From Spirochaetaceae bacterium (lineage in GTDB: Bacteria; Spirochaetota; Spirochaetia; DSM-2461), in contig OZ245056.1 of NCBI GenBank assembly GCA_965224705.1, positions 576,001 to 640,000 of the forward strand: a DNA stretch of 64,000 nt, read 5' to 3'. Both the position numbers and the translations under genes were made by a program. A model generated the notes under the pieces. It was not told where the DNA came from. It searched no databases and was given only the letters and a program-made list of their open reading frames with translations. Within the stretch, counting starts at the first letter, position 1. Every line of letters starts with the position of its first letter. Of this stretch, positions 10,425 to 19,213 are shown one piece after another.

Positions 10425-11744
10425 ATGAATAATCACAGAAACGCTGTCGAAAAATTCCTCCAGGAAGTCCATATGCATCCTGATACGGTGAATATGGAGA
10501 ATACTGTTGACCATATGCTGGAAGAGATGGCTCTTGGTCTCAATGGGAAACCATCTTCTCTGAAAATGCTCCCCACATACATTGAAACTGATACCGATAT
10601 TCCCCTGGAAAAACCAACAGTAGTTCTGGATGCTGGTGGAACGAATCTGCGCGTAGCACTTGTAACATTCAAAGAAGGGAAAAAACCAGTTATCGATGAT
10701 TATTCAAAGCATCCCATGCCTGGTTCCAGGGATTCCACAGTAGGTAGGGAGGAATTCTTTGATACTCTTGCAGCATTGGTAGAACCACTCATCTCAGGAG
10801 ATTCAAGTATAGGATTCTGTTTTTCCTATTCTACAGAAATATTTCCAGACAGGGATGGCCGATTGCTTCATTGGTCAAAAGAAATCAAAGCTCCTGATGT
10901 TGTTGGCCGTATGATTGGCTCAGATCTCAAAGATGCCCTCCGCAACAGAGGAATACAGGATGTACCAGACATTGTTATTCTTAATGATACCGTAGCGACT
11001 CTACTCACCGGTAAACTCTCCAATCCAACCCGTCCCTGGGGAGGATATGCAGGATTCATCCTTGGAACAGGTACCAATACCTGCTATGTGGAATCAAACT
11101 CAGCCATAAGGAAAGTCCCTGGTCTTAATCCTTCCGGGAAACAGATTATCAACTGTGAAACTGGAAATTACGCATACCCAAACAGGGGTGAGGCCGATTT
11201 AATGCTGGGTAGAACAACATCTGATACCAATGCATATCTACTTGAAAAAATGCTATCAGGCGGCTACTTTGGAGCTCTTGCTACTCAAAGTGCAAAACTT
11301 GCTGGCAGTAAAGGGCTGTTTTCCACCAGGGCTGTTCATTCACTGACCGAAATCGGCATGTTTTCAACAAAGGACGCTGATAATTACTGCCATAATCCTG
11401 CTGATACCAGGGACAATGCCATTGCCAGAATAATGAAAACTCATGCCAATGAATCCGACCGACAACGGTTGTGGTTTCTTTTCGATGCTTTGCTGGAGCG
11501 TGCTGCAAAACTGTCAGCAGCAAATATAGCAGCGTCCATCCTGAAAGGCCCCAGCGGAAGTGGTCCGCTGGAAGCAAGTTGTCTCACCATTGATGGAACA
11601 ACGTATTACTGGTATTACAGGTTTCAGCAGCGGGTGGAAAGTCATCTCCGGCCATGCCTCTCCAATAAGAACAAGTATTATGAAACAGTACGAGTTAATG
11701 ATGCTCCCCTGATTGGAGCTGCAGTAGCAGCCCTGACAAACTAA
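10425..11744 (+). CDS. Hexokinase (eukaryote-type family)
   Basis: SLKMLPTY, LDAGGTNLRV, GFCFSYS, LLHWSKE, LNDTVATL, ILGTGTNTCYVE, INCE and LEKMLSGGY. Confidence 0.93.
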   Translation: MNNHRNAVEKFLQEVHMHPDTVNMENTVDHMLEEMALGLNGKPSSLKMLPTYIETDTDIPLEKPTVVLDAGGTNLRVALVTFKEGKKPVIDDYSKHPMPGSRDSTVGREEFFDTLAALVEPLISGDSSIGFCFSYSTEIFPDRDGRLLHWSKEIKAPDVVGRMIGSDLKDALRNRGIQDVPDIVILNDTVATLLTGKLSNPTRPWGGYAGFILGTGTNTCYVESNSAIRKVPGLNPSGKQIINCETGNYAYPNRGEADLMLGRTTSDTNAYLLEKMLSGGYFGALATQSAKLAGSKGLFSTRAVHSLTEIGMFSTKDADNYCHNPADTRDNAIARIMKTHANESDRQRLWFLFDALLERAAKLSAANIAASILKGPSGSGPLEASCLTIDGTTYYWYYRFQQRVESHLRPCLSNKNKYYETVRVNDAPLIGAAVAALTN

Positions 11745-11754
11745 AACTCATTTC

Positions 11755-11827
11755 TCGGAATGAGAGGACTCGAACCTCCGATCTCCTGCTCCCAAAGCAG
11801 GTGCCCTGGCCGCTGGGCTACATTCCG
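11755..11827 (-). tRNA. tRNA-Pro(TGG)
   Basis: Minus strand CGGAATGTAGCCCAGCGGCCAGGGCACCTGCTTTGGGAGCAGGAGATCGGAGGTTCGAGTCCTCTCATTCCGA forms a cloverleaf with TGG anticodon and GTTCGA T-loop. Confidence 0.96.
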
Positions 11828-11990
11828 TAAAACCTATCCTATACTCAACGGCATCCTGGGTCAACTATTCGAATTGCTTCATAATTGAAATCTGCTTGAA
11901 TGAGCGATCCATTCACATTGACGACCGATCTTTCGTATAAAATCTGAAAATTCATCATATCCAGAATTCCAACCTACCTCGGGAGGTCTT

Positions 11991-12006
11991 ACAGGCTTTC
12001 TGACAC
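11991..12006. repeat. Solo family B terminal inverted repeat
   Basis: ACAGGCTTTCTGACAC, identical to the right ends at 25673-25688 and 33417-33432. Confidence 0.6.
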
Positions 12007-12062
12007 CGGGAATTGATTTCATGATGAGCGGGCTCCAACCGATATTGTACTCAGGAGGAGTC

Positions 12063-12626
12063 ATGCCCACACTTGAACACGCTGAACACCTGATGAGGGA
12101 AGGAGCCTTTCAATCGGCCAAAGCAATCCTTTCAGAAATAATTTCCGAATATCCTGATGACTTGCGGGCAATATGCGATATAGGGATTGCATATACTGAA
12201 ACTGGGGAAAACCACAAAGCTATCAGAGCATTAGAGTTTTATATAAAGAATGATGAAACGAATACCTATGCCTGGGAAGCCCTGGGCTGTGCTCAGCTGA
12301 GGACCGGGAATCTGGATCAGGCTCGAAAAAGTCTGATGAAGGCAATTGAAGTGAAGCCTGAAAATTTTTCGGCTTTCCGTAATCTGGGAATACTGAAGAG
12401 TATGGAGGGATCTCATGAAGAAGGACTTACCTTTCTTCAGAAATCCATGCGTATCAATCCAGGTGATTATAGAACACTTTTTGCATTGAACTACAGCTTC
12501 AAAGACTCAGGGAAAAATGAGGAACGAAACAAAATTCTTGATCGCCTTGCAGAAATGGATCTGCCTGAAAATCTGCGGCAGGAAATTGCACTTATTCGGA
12601 TCAGAATCTCTTTGGAGTGGGAGTAA
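12063..12626 (+). CDS. Tetratricopeptide repeat protein
   Basis: Successive TPR helices (AICDIGIAY, AWEALGCAQL, AFRNLGIL); AGGAGG ribosome-binding site. Confidence 0.85.
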   Translation: MPTLEHAEHLMREGAFQSAKAILSEIISEYPDDLRAICDIGIAYTETGENHKAIRALEFYIKNDETNTYAWEALGCAQLRTGNLDQARKSLMKAIEVKPENFSAFRNLGILKSMEGSHEEGLTFLQKSMRINPGDYRTLFALNYSFKDSGKNEERNKILDRLAEMDLPENLRQEIALIRIRISLEWE

Positions 12627-13040
12627 TAGAACAGATTCGGTACCTTAGCGTAGATATCCACAAAGATTTCCCTGTTGGAATTGAGAAAATGGCGGCTTAA
12701 TCATGAATAAACTGCACGAACTTATGAGGTCATCTGGAAAACAGTCTCAAGAAACTGACGGAGAGATTTTCACCTGCCTGCTGCAGGTCGATTGATACAG
12801 GGTAAGCATGTTGGCCATGCCGCAGCAGGAAAGACCAGACCAGGAACTGGAGAGCGGGTGTTCTGCGGCATATTTTGAAAGAGTTCTGATACAGTATTAC
12901 ATTGAGAAATAATCCGGGACTGCCTGCCAATCCCGAATTATAGAATGATGGTTACTCCTGGAAGTATTCATTTCGGCTCCATCCTGAACTCTTCATTTCA
13001 GCAGATTCCGAAAACAAGTTTCCAGAAGAGGTACCATGAA

Positions 13041-13226
13041 TTAGAAATCTTTGTCCTGTACAGTTTTCCGTTTTGCACTTTTTGCATTGTCAATCGCTTT
13101 GTCGCACATTTCACGAACCGCATTGGAGAGTGCTTCTATAACGGTTGCAGAGCACTTCATATCAGCTGTCGTCTTGATATAAGCTTTTACCTTGGAAGCA
13201 ACAACCAGATTTTCGTTTTCAGCCAT
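13041..13226 (-). CDS. Bacterial histone-fold protein (Bd0055/HLp/DUF1931-like)
   Basis: 61 aa, LVVASKVKAYIK...AKSAKRKTVQDKDF with the RxTxxxxD clamp; AAGGAG ribosome-binding site. Confidence 0.9.
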   Translation of the reverse strand: MAENENLVVASKVKAYIKTTADMKCSATVIEALSNAVREMCDKAIDNAKSAKRKTVQDKDF

Positions 13227-13335
13227 AATGACTCCTTCTATTGTGTATATTGATTATAGTATACTTGCTGCAGTTGATTGTGTCCTCCTCATTGCACTGG
13301 AATTGGACTAACTTTACTGAAATTCAGGATGATTG

Positions 13336-14523
13336 ATGAAAATACATGTACGAATAATGCTTTCAGCTGTTCTGCTTGGATCCTCCATCGCCTCAGGATG
13401 GGCAGGAAATATAAGTGCAAGAATGATCATTGCCGGGCCTGGCGATCCTCTATACACCTATTGGGGACACATAGGTTTAGCATTGAAGAACAACGATACA
13501 GGTGAAGATTTATTCTATGACTTTGGAAATTTTTCTTTTTATTCGGAAAATTTCTACGAAGACTTCATAAAAGGATACATGCCGTACCTGGCCGTTGTTT
13601 CACCAACGGACAGATTCATTGCCCAATCCATGTTGAAGAACATGGATTTAACAATGTATAACCTCAATCTGGGTCATGAAGAACTGGAAATGCTTGACAA
13701 AAAACTTCGGTGGTGGGTATTACCGGAAAACCGGGTATATCTCTATAATTATTTCACAAATAACTGTTCGACAATCATACGGGATATACTGAACGAAGTT
13801 CTTGACAATCAACTAAAAGATCAAACGATCTCTCTTAAAGACAAAAGTTTCCGATATTATGCACGAACTCTGTCCTATCAATCATTACCAGCAGAGATTA
13901 TGTTTCATTATCTTCTTGGTCCTTATACCGACAAAACTATCAATGGATGGGAATTGATGTTCCTGCCCTTTGCAGTCGCAGACTATGCAACCAGGTTGGA
14001 ATACACAGGCCAGGATGGAGTAATCCGAACATTGTCCGATGAAAAAACAATTCTCAAAAAAGCAATCCGTCCGCCAGTACCTGATAAACCCACGAAACTA
14101 TGGCCGTTGTTATTATGCGTAAGCTTGTTCATGTCAATCGTCTGGTTCCAGGCCTCAAACTTGAAATGGGGGGGGCTCATTCAACTGCCCATCGTGTTAA
14201 TCGTTGGCTTGCCAGGAGCAGCGATCGGTTTTTTCATGTTCTTCACCAATCATAATGCCGGCTATGGAAACATCAATTTCTGGTCAACCTTACCCACAGT
14301 CCTCTTATGCGTGATACCCCTCTTTGCCTCAAGGTGGAAATACCAGGAATCTGTTATAGCCTGGATCTGGACAATCAATGCAATTGGACTGATTTCATCC
14401 GTTTATTTGCGGTTAAGCGGTGAAGTTTATCAGGATGTCAGTGCGTTCTGGGCACTGTATGGTCCCATCACTCTGGCCGCATCGTATCCCGGCCTTCTTC
14501 TTAAGAGGCGCTTAGGATGGTAA
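13336..14523 (+). CDS. DUF4105 membrane protein (Lnb-like lipoprotein N-acyltransferase candidate)
   Basis: PGDPLYTYWGH, YDFGNF, YNYFTNNCST and LMFLP, followed by several C-terminal transmembrane helices. Confidence 0.8.
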   Translation: MKIHVRIMLSAVLLGSSIASGWAGNISARMIIAGPGDPLYTYWGHIGLALKNNDTGEDLFYDFGNFSFYSENFYEDFIKGYMPYLAVVSPTDRFIAQSMLKNMDLTMYNLNLGHEELEMLDKKLRWWVLPENRVYLYNYFTNNCSTIIRDILNEVLDNQLKDQTISLKDKSFRYYARTLSYQSLPAEIMFHYLLGPYTDKTINGWELMFLPFAVADYATRLEYTGQDGVIRTLSDEKTILKKAIRPPVPDKPTKLWPLLLCVSLFMSIVWFQASNLKWGGLIQLPIVLIVGLPGAAIGFFMFFTNHNAGYGNINFWSTLPTVLLCVIPLFASRWKYQESVIAWIWTINAIGLISSVYLRLSGEVYQDVSAFWALYGPITLAASYPGLLLKRRLGW

Positions 14524-17454
14524 GGGGATTTCCAGGGTGATTTTTGATTCGTTTAATGCCTGATTGACCTTACTGGCTTCCTGTAAATCCTCATCTCCAG
14601 CAATAACCGAAATTGAACGGCTGCCCCACGAATCAAGGAGGGCTTCTGCGGCTTTTCTCACATCCTCTGCCGTTGCGTTTAATTGTGTATCTCTGTTCAA
14701 CTGCCTCAATTCATCCGTTATGCCATAGAGTTTACGCTTAAAGGCTATCACCCCCCTCTCTTTTGGCTTAAAAGGTTTAAGTTCCCGGCCTGTTGAACCA
14801 ATTATTGCCATTTTTACTGTATCATCGTCGAGGTTCCCGGCCGCCCATTCCAATGATTCACGGAAGGCTGTGAGACTGGGTATAATAAGGGGATCCCTGT
14901 AAGTTGAAAAAGTAAAGGTTCCTTCAAGTCCCGATACAGAAGCAGAAGTGCCATAGGCCCCGCCCTTCATCCGTATATTCTCCCAGAGGTAGCCAGTCTT
15001 TAAAACATGAGCCAGGAGAACGGCCATGGCATGTTCTGGAGATCCAGTGCGGGGAGCTGGCAGGCTCAGGGCTGAATAAGAAACTGCCGAGCTGGTTGAT
15101 ATCGATTCGGCAACAGTTTCATGGCGAAAAAGTGGCGGCATTCTGGAAGGTGCGAGTGATCCAACAGGCAGGGAGGATACTCTTTCCAATGTCCTGTTAA
15201 GAATTGTTGAATCGGCGTCAAAATCAGATGTAACAGCGAGGGAAAGATTGGTCTGCTGCAGGATGGATTCCCTAATCCTCTTCAAGGCCCTGGAAGCAAT
15301 ACTGGCTCGCTCCTTATTCTGAGCGATTGATTGAAGAAACTGATATTGACTGATGCCATACCATAAATCCTCCCATGAAGAGCTTATTGAATGCTTTGCA
15401 CTTGCCCGCATTGACGCAAATGCATTGCCAGAGGGAATGATGGCAGAGCGATAATCATTACGGAGTTCTATTAACAGATCATCAACTCTCTTCAAATTAT
15501 CAAAATCTGCAGAATGAAGGATTTCCATCGTGATACCAAGGGCTTCATCCCACTGGCTGGAAAGGGCTTTCAGATGAAGAAACAATCGGAGGCTGATCCT
15601 GTTTCCGTTACTCTTGTGGATTGGTGAGGCCTCCAGCGAGCAATTCAGACCACCGATCCGCATTGCCAGTATGCGTGACACTTCGTTGTGCGGTAAACCC
15701 GGCAACCCTACATCAGTCAGAGCAAACCCGAATAAAGGCATCCAGGTTTGCAGTTCCGGGCTCAGGCCCTCAAGGTCAAAGGCCATTTCCAGGTAGGAAA
15801 TACCACTGGTCAGAGTTTCATGACTGTACCAATCTATCAAATCGTGTGTTCCAGATTCTAAAGGGATTTCAGCCACTTTTTTGGGGAGGTCTTCCGGAGA
15901 AAGAAAAGGGATTCGAGCAAGATCTTCAGGTTTGTCCGGAGTTTCCTGAAAAGATTTCAGGTTCTCACTGGATAGTTCCAGGGTCTTTAGATCTTCGGGG
16001 CTGAGTTTTCCATATACCTCTCTCAAGTGGATTCTATCTTCCTCTTCACGGCGTTCATTCAAACCTGGAGATGGGCTGAGCACAACCGTTGTACGATGCG
16101 AGTTATCGATAAGAGATTTTCTTATCAATTCTTCAAAATAGCTTTTTCCCTGATTTTCCCGGAGATTCTTCATTGGCCGCTCAAAGGACATGCTTTCCCC
16201 AGGAGGCTTATCATGCAGCCAGCCTCTGACAGCCCGCTGCATTAAGCGAAGTCCGAAGGGCATACTGCCGCTGATTTCCCGAAAACGGAATTCGACGCTC
16301 CTCAAAGCTCCTTCGACAAGATCATCATCCAGTTTACGAGAAGATTTCTCCAGGGAATCAAAGATGACTTTCTCTATCTCGACATCCTTTCCCGGATCGG
16401 TTCCCCTGAGAGCAACTGTGAAAATCATCTGTCGAAGACTGGTATCTAAACCGCTGATGGGAGAAAGATCTTCTCCCAGGGCACTGTCAATCAGGGCCTG
16501 TTGTAGAGGAGAACCGCTGTGACCCAGCAGGATATACGATAGAACCTGTGCGTCAAGAAACTGTTTCAAATCTGTCGTATCACCCCAGAGCCAATTCTGG
16601 CTGACTATGGATTTACCCTGAACTCTCTCATCGGGACTACAGGGCCAATACCCGGTCATACGCTTCGGTTCAGGCCAGGGACTCTGCATGGAGATCTGTG
16701 ATGCAATCTTCCGGTACTGGAATTTACTGAGGTATTCGGAGTCCAATACGGTCAACACCTCTTCCAGATTGTGATTTCCATATAGAAATATTCGTGAATT
16801 TGAGGGTTGGTAATAAGTTTCATGGAAGTTAATAAAGCTTTCATAAGTGAGTTCAGGGATGTGTTTCGGAGCACCGCCGGAATCCCATCTATAAGGTGTA
16901 TCAGGAAGAATCGACCTCACAGTTAAATCCTCCGCTACAGATTCAGGAGATGAGTAGCTGCCCTTCATTTCATTAAGAACAATGCCGGAACGTACCAACC
17001 AGCCATTTTTTTCAATTTCCAGTCTATGCCCCTCCTGCTCAAAGGCTTCCTTTTTAAGATTTGGAAAGAAAACAGCATCTCCATAGACACGTAAGAGATT
17101 GAAAAAATCAGCCTTGACAGTACTTGATGCGGGGTAAACCGTTTTATCCGGGTAAGTCATGGCATTGAGGAATGTGTGAGTACTGCCCTTGAGAAGAACC
17201 AGGAAGGGATCCTTTAGGGGGTATCGCTGCGATCCGCATAGAACGGCATGCTCCATTATATGAGGGACACCTGTATGGTCAAAAGGTGGAGTGCGGAAGA
17301 TGAATGCGAAAAGATTTTCTTCATCGTCGACGTTGACTTTGTATATTTCCGCACCTGTCTGGATATGCCGGAGATGAATACCGTCAGCCTGATATTCGGC
17401 GAGTGAATCTATGGAAATAGTTTCAAATCCCGGGAAACTGAAGTCTTTTTTCAT
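14512..17454 (-). CDS. M16C (insulinase/PreP-like) metallopeptidase
   Basis: HIMEH inverted zinc motif, FLNAMTYPDKT and IRMKGGAYG; 980 aa. Confidence 0.95.
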   Translation of the reverse strand: MKKDFSFPGFETISIDSLAEYQADGIHLRHIQTGAEIYKVNVDDEENLFAFIFRTPPFDHTGVPHIMEHAVLCGSQRYPLKDPFLVLLKGSTHTFLNAMTYPDKTVYPASSTVKADFFNLLRVYGDAVFFPNLKKEAFEQEGHRLEIEKNGWLVRSGIVLNEMKGSYSSPESVAEDLTVRSILPDTPYRWDSGGAPKHIPELTYESFINFHETYYQPSNSRIFLYGNHNLEEVLTVLDSEYLSKFQYRKIASQISMQSPWPEPKRMTGYWPCSPDERVQGKSIVSQNWLWGDTTDLKQFLDAQVLSYILLGHSGSPLQQALIDSALGEDLSPISGLDTSLRQMIFTVALRGTDPGKDVEIEKVIFDSLEKSSRKLDDDLVEGALRSVEFRFREISGSMPFGLRLMQRAVRGWLHDKPPGESMSFERPMKNLRENQGKSYFEELIRKSLIDNSHRTTVVLSPSPGLNERREEEDRIHLREVYGKLSPEDLKTLELSSENLKSFQETPDKPEDLARIPFLSPEDLPKKVAEIPLESGTHDLIDWYSHETLTSGISYLEMAFDLEGLSPELQTWMPLFGFALTDVGLPGLPHNEVSRILAMRIGGLNCSLEASPIHKSNGNRISLRLFLHLKALSSQWDEALGITMEILHSADFDNLKRVDDLLIELRNDYRSAIIPSGNAFASMRASAKHSISSSWEDLWYGISQYQFLQSIAQNKERASIASRALKRIRESILQQTNLSLAVTSDFDADSTILNRTLERVSSLPVGSLAPSRMPPLFRHETVAESISTSSAVSYSALSLPAPRTGSPEHAMAVLLAHVLKTGYLWENIRMKGGAYGTSASVSGLEGTFTFSTYRDPLIIPSLTAFRESLEWAAGNLDDDTVKMAIIGSTGRELKPFKPKERGVIAFKRKLYGITDELRQLNRDTQLNATAEDVRKAAEALLDSWGSRSISVIAGDEDLQEASKVNQALNESKITLEIPLPS

Positions 17455-17840
17455 AGCGTATCCTTGATGATCGGACCTCTCCAGTGATGATAAGCACCGT
17501 AGTATGTTACATTATAATATCCATTTTCTCCCAGTTGTTTCGCAGATCTCTGCACTGTTCGCTGATTTGGACCAAATACAAAGATTTTTTCAAACAGGTT
17601 TTCGGCCGGAAAGAATCTCTGAGGAAGTGGGTAGGGATTGTTTAAGGAAGCTGGAACATGTTCAGTTTTGAAGTCAATTGGATCCCGGACATCAATAATT
17701 GTAAATTGATATTCGTTCTTTTCAAGAAGTCTTATGAGCTCCTGCTCAACATTCAAACGGTGAAAGTGCTGTTTAAGGTGTCTCGCTACTATTAAAGTGA
17801 ATACCGCAACAGTACCGAGTACACCAAAAAAGACAATCAT
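17451..17840 (-). CDS. Membrane-anchored rhodanese-like protein
   Basis: N-terminal transmembrane helix, IIDVR...HVPAS and GYYNV; no active-site Cys evident. Confidence 0.7.
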   Translation of the reverse strand: MIVFFGVLGTVAVFTLIVARHLKQHFHRLNVEQELIRLLEKNEYQFTIIDVRDPIDFKTEHVPASLNNPYPLPQRFFPAENLFEKIFVFGPNQRTVQRSAKQLGENGYYNVTYYGAYHHWRGPIIKDTL

Positions 17841-17854
17841 TTTTCGAAAGAAAC

Positions 17855-18070
17855 CTAACGGCCCTGAGGTGTTACTTTTCGGAGTTTTTTCATTTGTTTT
17901 CTTACCAAAGCCTTCTTCTTTCTATTTTTGATCGTCGATGGTTTCTCAAAATACTCCCGTCGTTTGAATTCCCGGATTATCCCTTCTTTTTCCACCATGC
18001 GCTTGAATCGTTTGACAGCTTTTTCCAAGGGCTCATCTTCATTAACTCTTATATAGGCGATTTGAATCAC
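17855..18070 (-). CDS. rpsU: 30S ribosomal protein S21 (real start possibly ATC at 18061)
   Basis: [12 protein letters not shown]...REYFEKPS motif. Confidence 0.96.
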   Translation of the reverse strand: MIQIAYIRVNEDEPLEKAVKRFKRMVEKEGIIREFKRREYFEKPSTIKNRKKKALVRKQMKKLRKVTPQGR

Positions 18071-18120
18071 CTCCCCTTTCTATGAATTTCAATTCAATAA
18101 CCTGAATCAAAAAATGCCAG

Positions 18121-18282
18121 GAGTCTGTCGGATTTTAAGGCTTCGAGGCGATTTTCGATAATTTCTTCCTGATGCAAGGCGACAAAAACTTAAGCGTAGC
18201 TGGGCTACGTGGGTATTCTGGCAACGCCGCAGCAGGGAAAAAGGGCAAAAATCGATCCGTGAGACGTAAATCCGACAGACTC
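18121..18282 (+). mobile_element. Family A MITE copy 1 (162 bp)
   Basis: Termini GAGTCTGTCGGA / TCCGACAGACTC; flanks CCAG and CTGG, not a direct duplication. Confidence 0.9.
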
Positions 18283-18292
18283 CTGGAACAGT

Positions 18293-19213
18293 CTAGGGAT
18301 ACAGGGATTCAATGTCAATAAGGGGACGATCAAGATATTGAGATGGCTGGATTGCTGTTGTACTTGTCCTGAGCTCCCAATGAAGATGCTCGCCGGTCGC
18401 AAACCCGGTTGCACCCAGAGTTCCAATTTCATCCCCCGCCTCAACAATCTGACCCAAACTCGCTTTAATTGTATCCAGGTGGTAATAGAGGGTATACACT
18501 CCGGGAAGATGTTCGAGAATGACCGTATTACCTGTAAGATACCGTTCGACAGCCATCACAACACGCCCCTTACCAGCAGCCAGAATGCTGGTCCCGGGTT
18601 TTTCCCAGAGATCCTGACCTGCGTGGATAGACGCATTCTCAGAACCATCAAGTTTTTGATACAGACGCCGTTCCCCAAAATCAGAAGTTACCGTTCCTTT
18701 GATAACAGGCTTCAGAAATGCTCCGGTATGATGAATCTCATTGGAATTAAACTGAGTCAGCACACCCCACAATGCTCTGGCTTCCTTCTTTTTCCGCTCT
18801 GAGTTTTCAGTATACAGAGTATTCATCGTTTCATTCAAACGGATGATGTTCTCAGGATATGAAGAACTGCGAACCGTGATGGTATCCTCCAGGTTCCACT
18901 GAGCCTGACCATCCCTGGCATGAAGGGCAATTGTGTAACGTCCCTGAGGCAGATCCGAAGGAATTCCGAGCAAGGCTACATTCACCCCTGAGCCATCAGG
19001 TCCTGTCCACACGAATCCTGAAGCTCTGCTGACAGCCTTCCCCTGACCATTAAACAGTGACACAGACACATCGTCGAGTAATACTCCATGCACTGAAACC
19101 TGTATGGCATTTCCTGGATCAGCATAGTCTGGTACAATAAGTACGGGCTCGACTGCACCCAGCAAATACCCTGCGGTAAGGAAGAGAAGGGCGGTGATAT
19201 TCAACTTGAGCAA
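18293..19213 (-). CDS. M23 family peptidase
   Basis: HAGQD (HxxxD) and TGEHLHWE (HxH); TTG start with GGAGG and a signal peptide. Confidence 0.9.
   Translation of the reverse strand: MLKLNITALLFLTAGYLLGAVEPVLIVPDYADPGNAIQVSVHGVLLDDVSVSLFNGQGKAVSRASGFVWTGPDGSGVNVALLGIPSDLPQGRYTIALHARDGQAQWNLEDTITVRSSSYPENIIRLNETMNTLYTENSERKKKEARALWGVLTQFNSNEIHHTGAFLKPVIKGTVTSDFGERRLYQKLDGSENASIHAGQDLWEKPGTSILAAGKGRVVMAVERYLTGNTVILEHLPGVYTLYYHLDTIKASLGQIVEAGDEIGTLGATGFATGEHLHWELRTSTTAIQPSQYLDRPLIDIESLYP

Noticed and set aside
11755..12006. tRNA-Pro as an island integration site
   Set aside because: No integrase and no duplicated tRNA 3' end seen; only a solo IS end on its 5' side.
12640..13030. Possible gene remnant between the TPR and histone genes
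   Set aside because: Only short broken frames and no recognisable motif.
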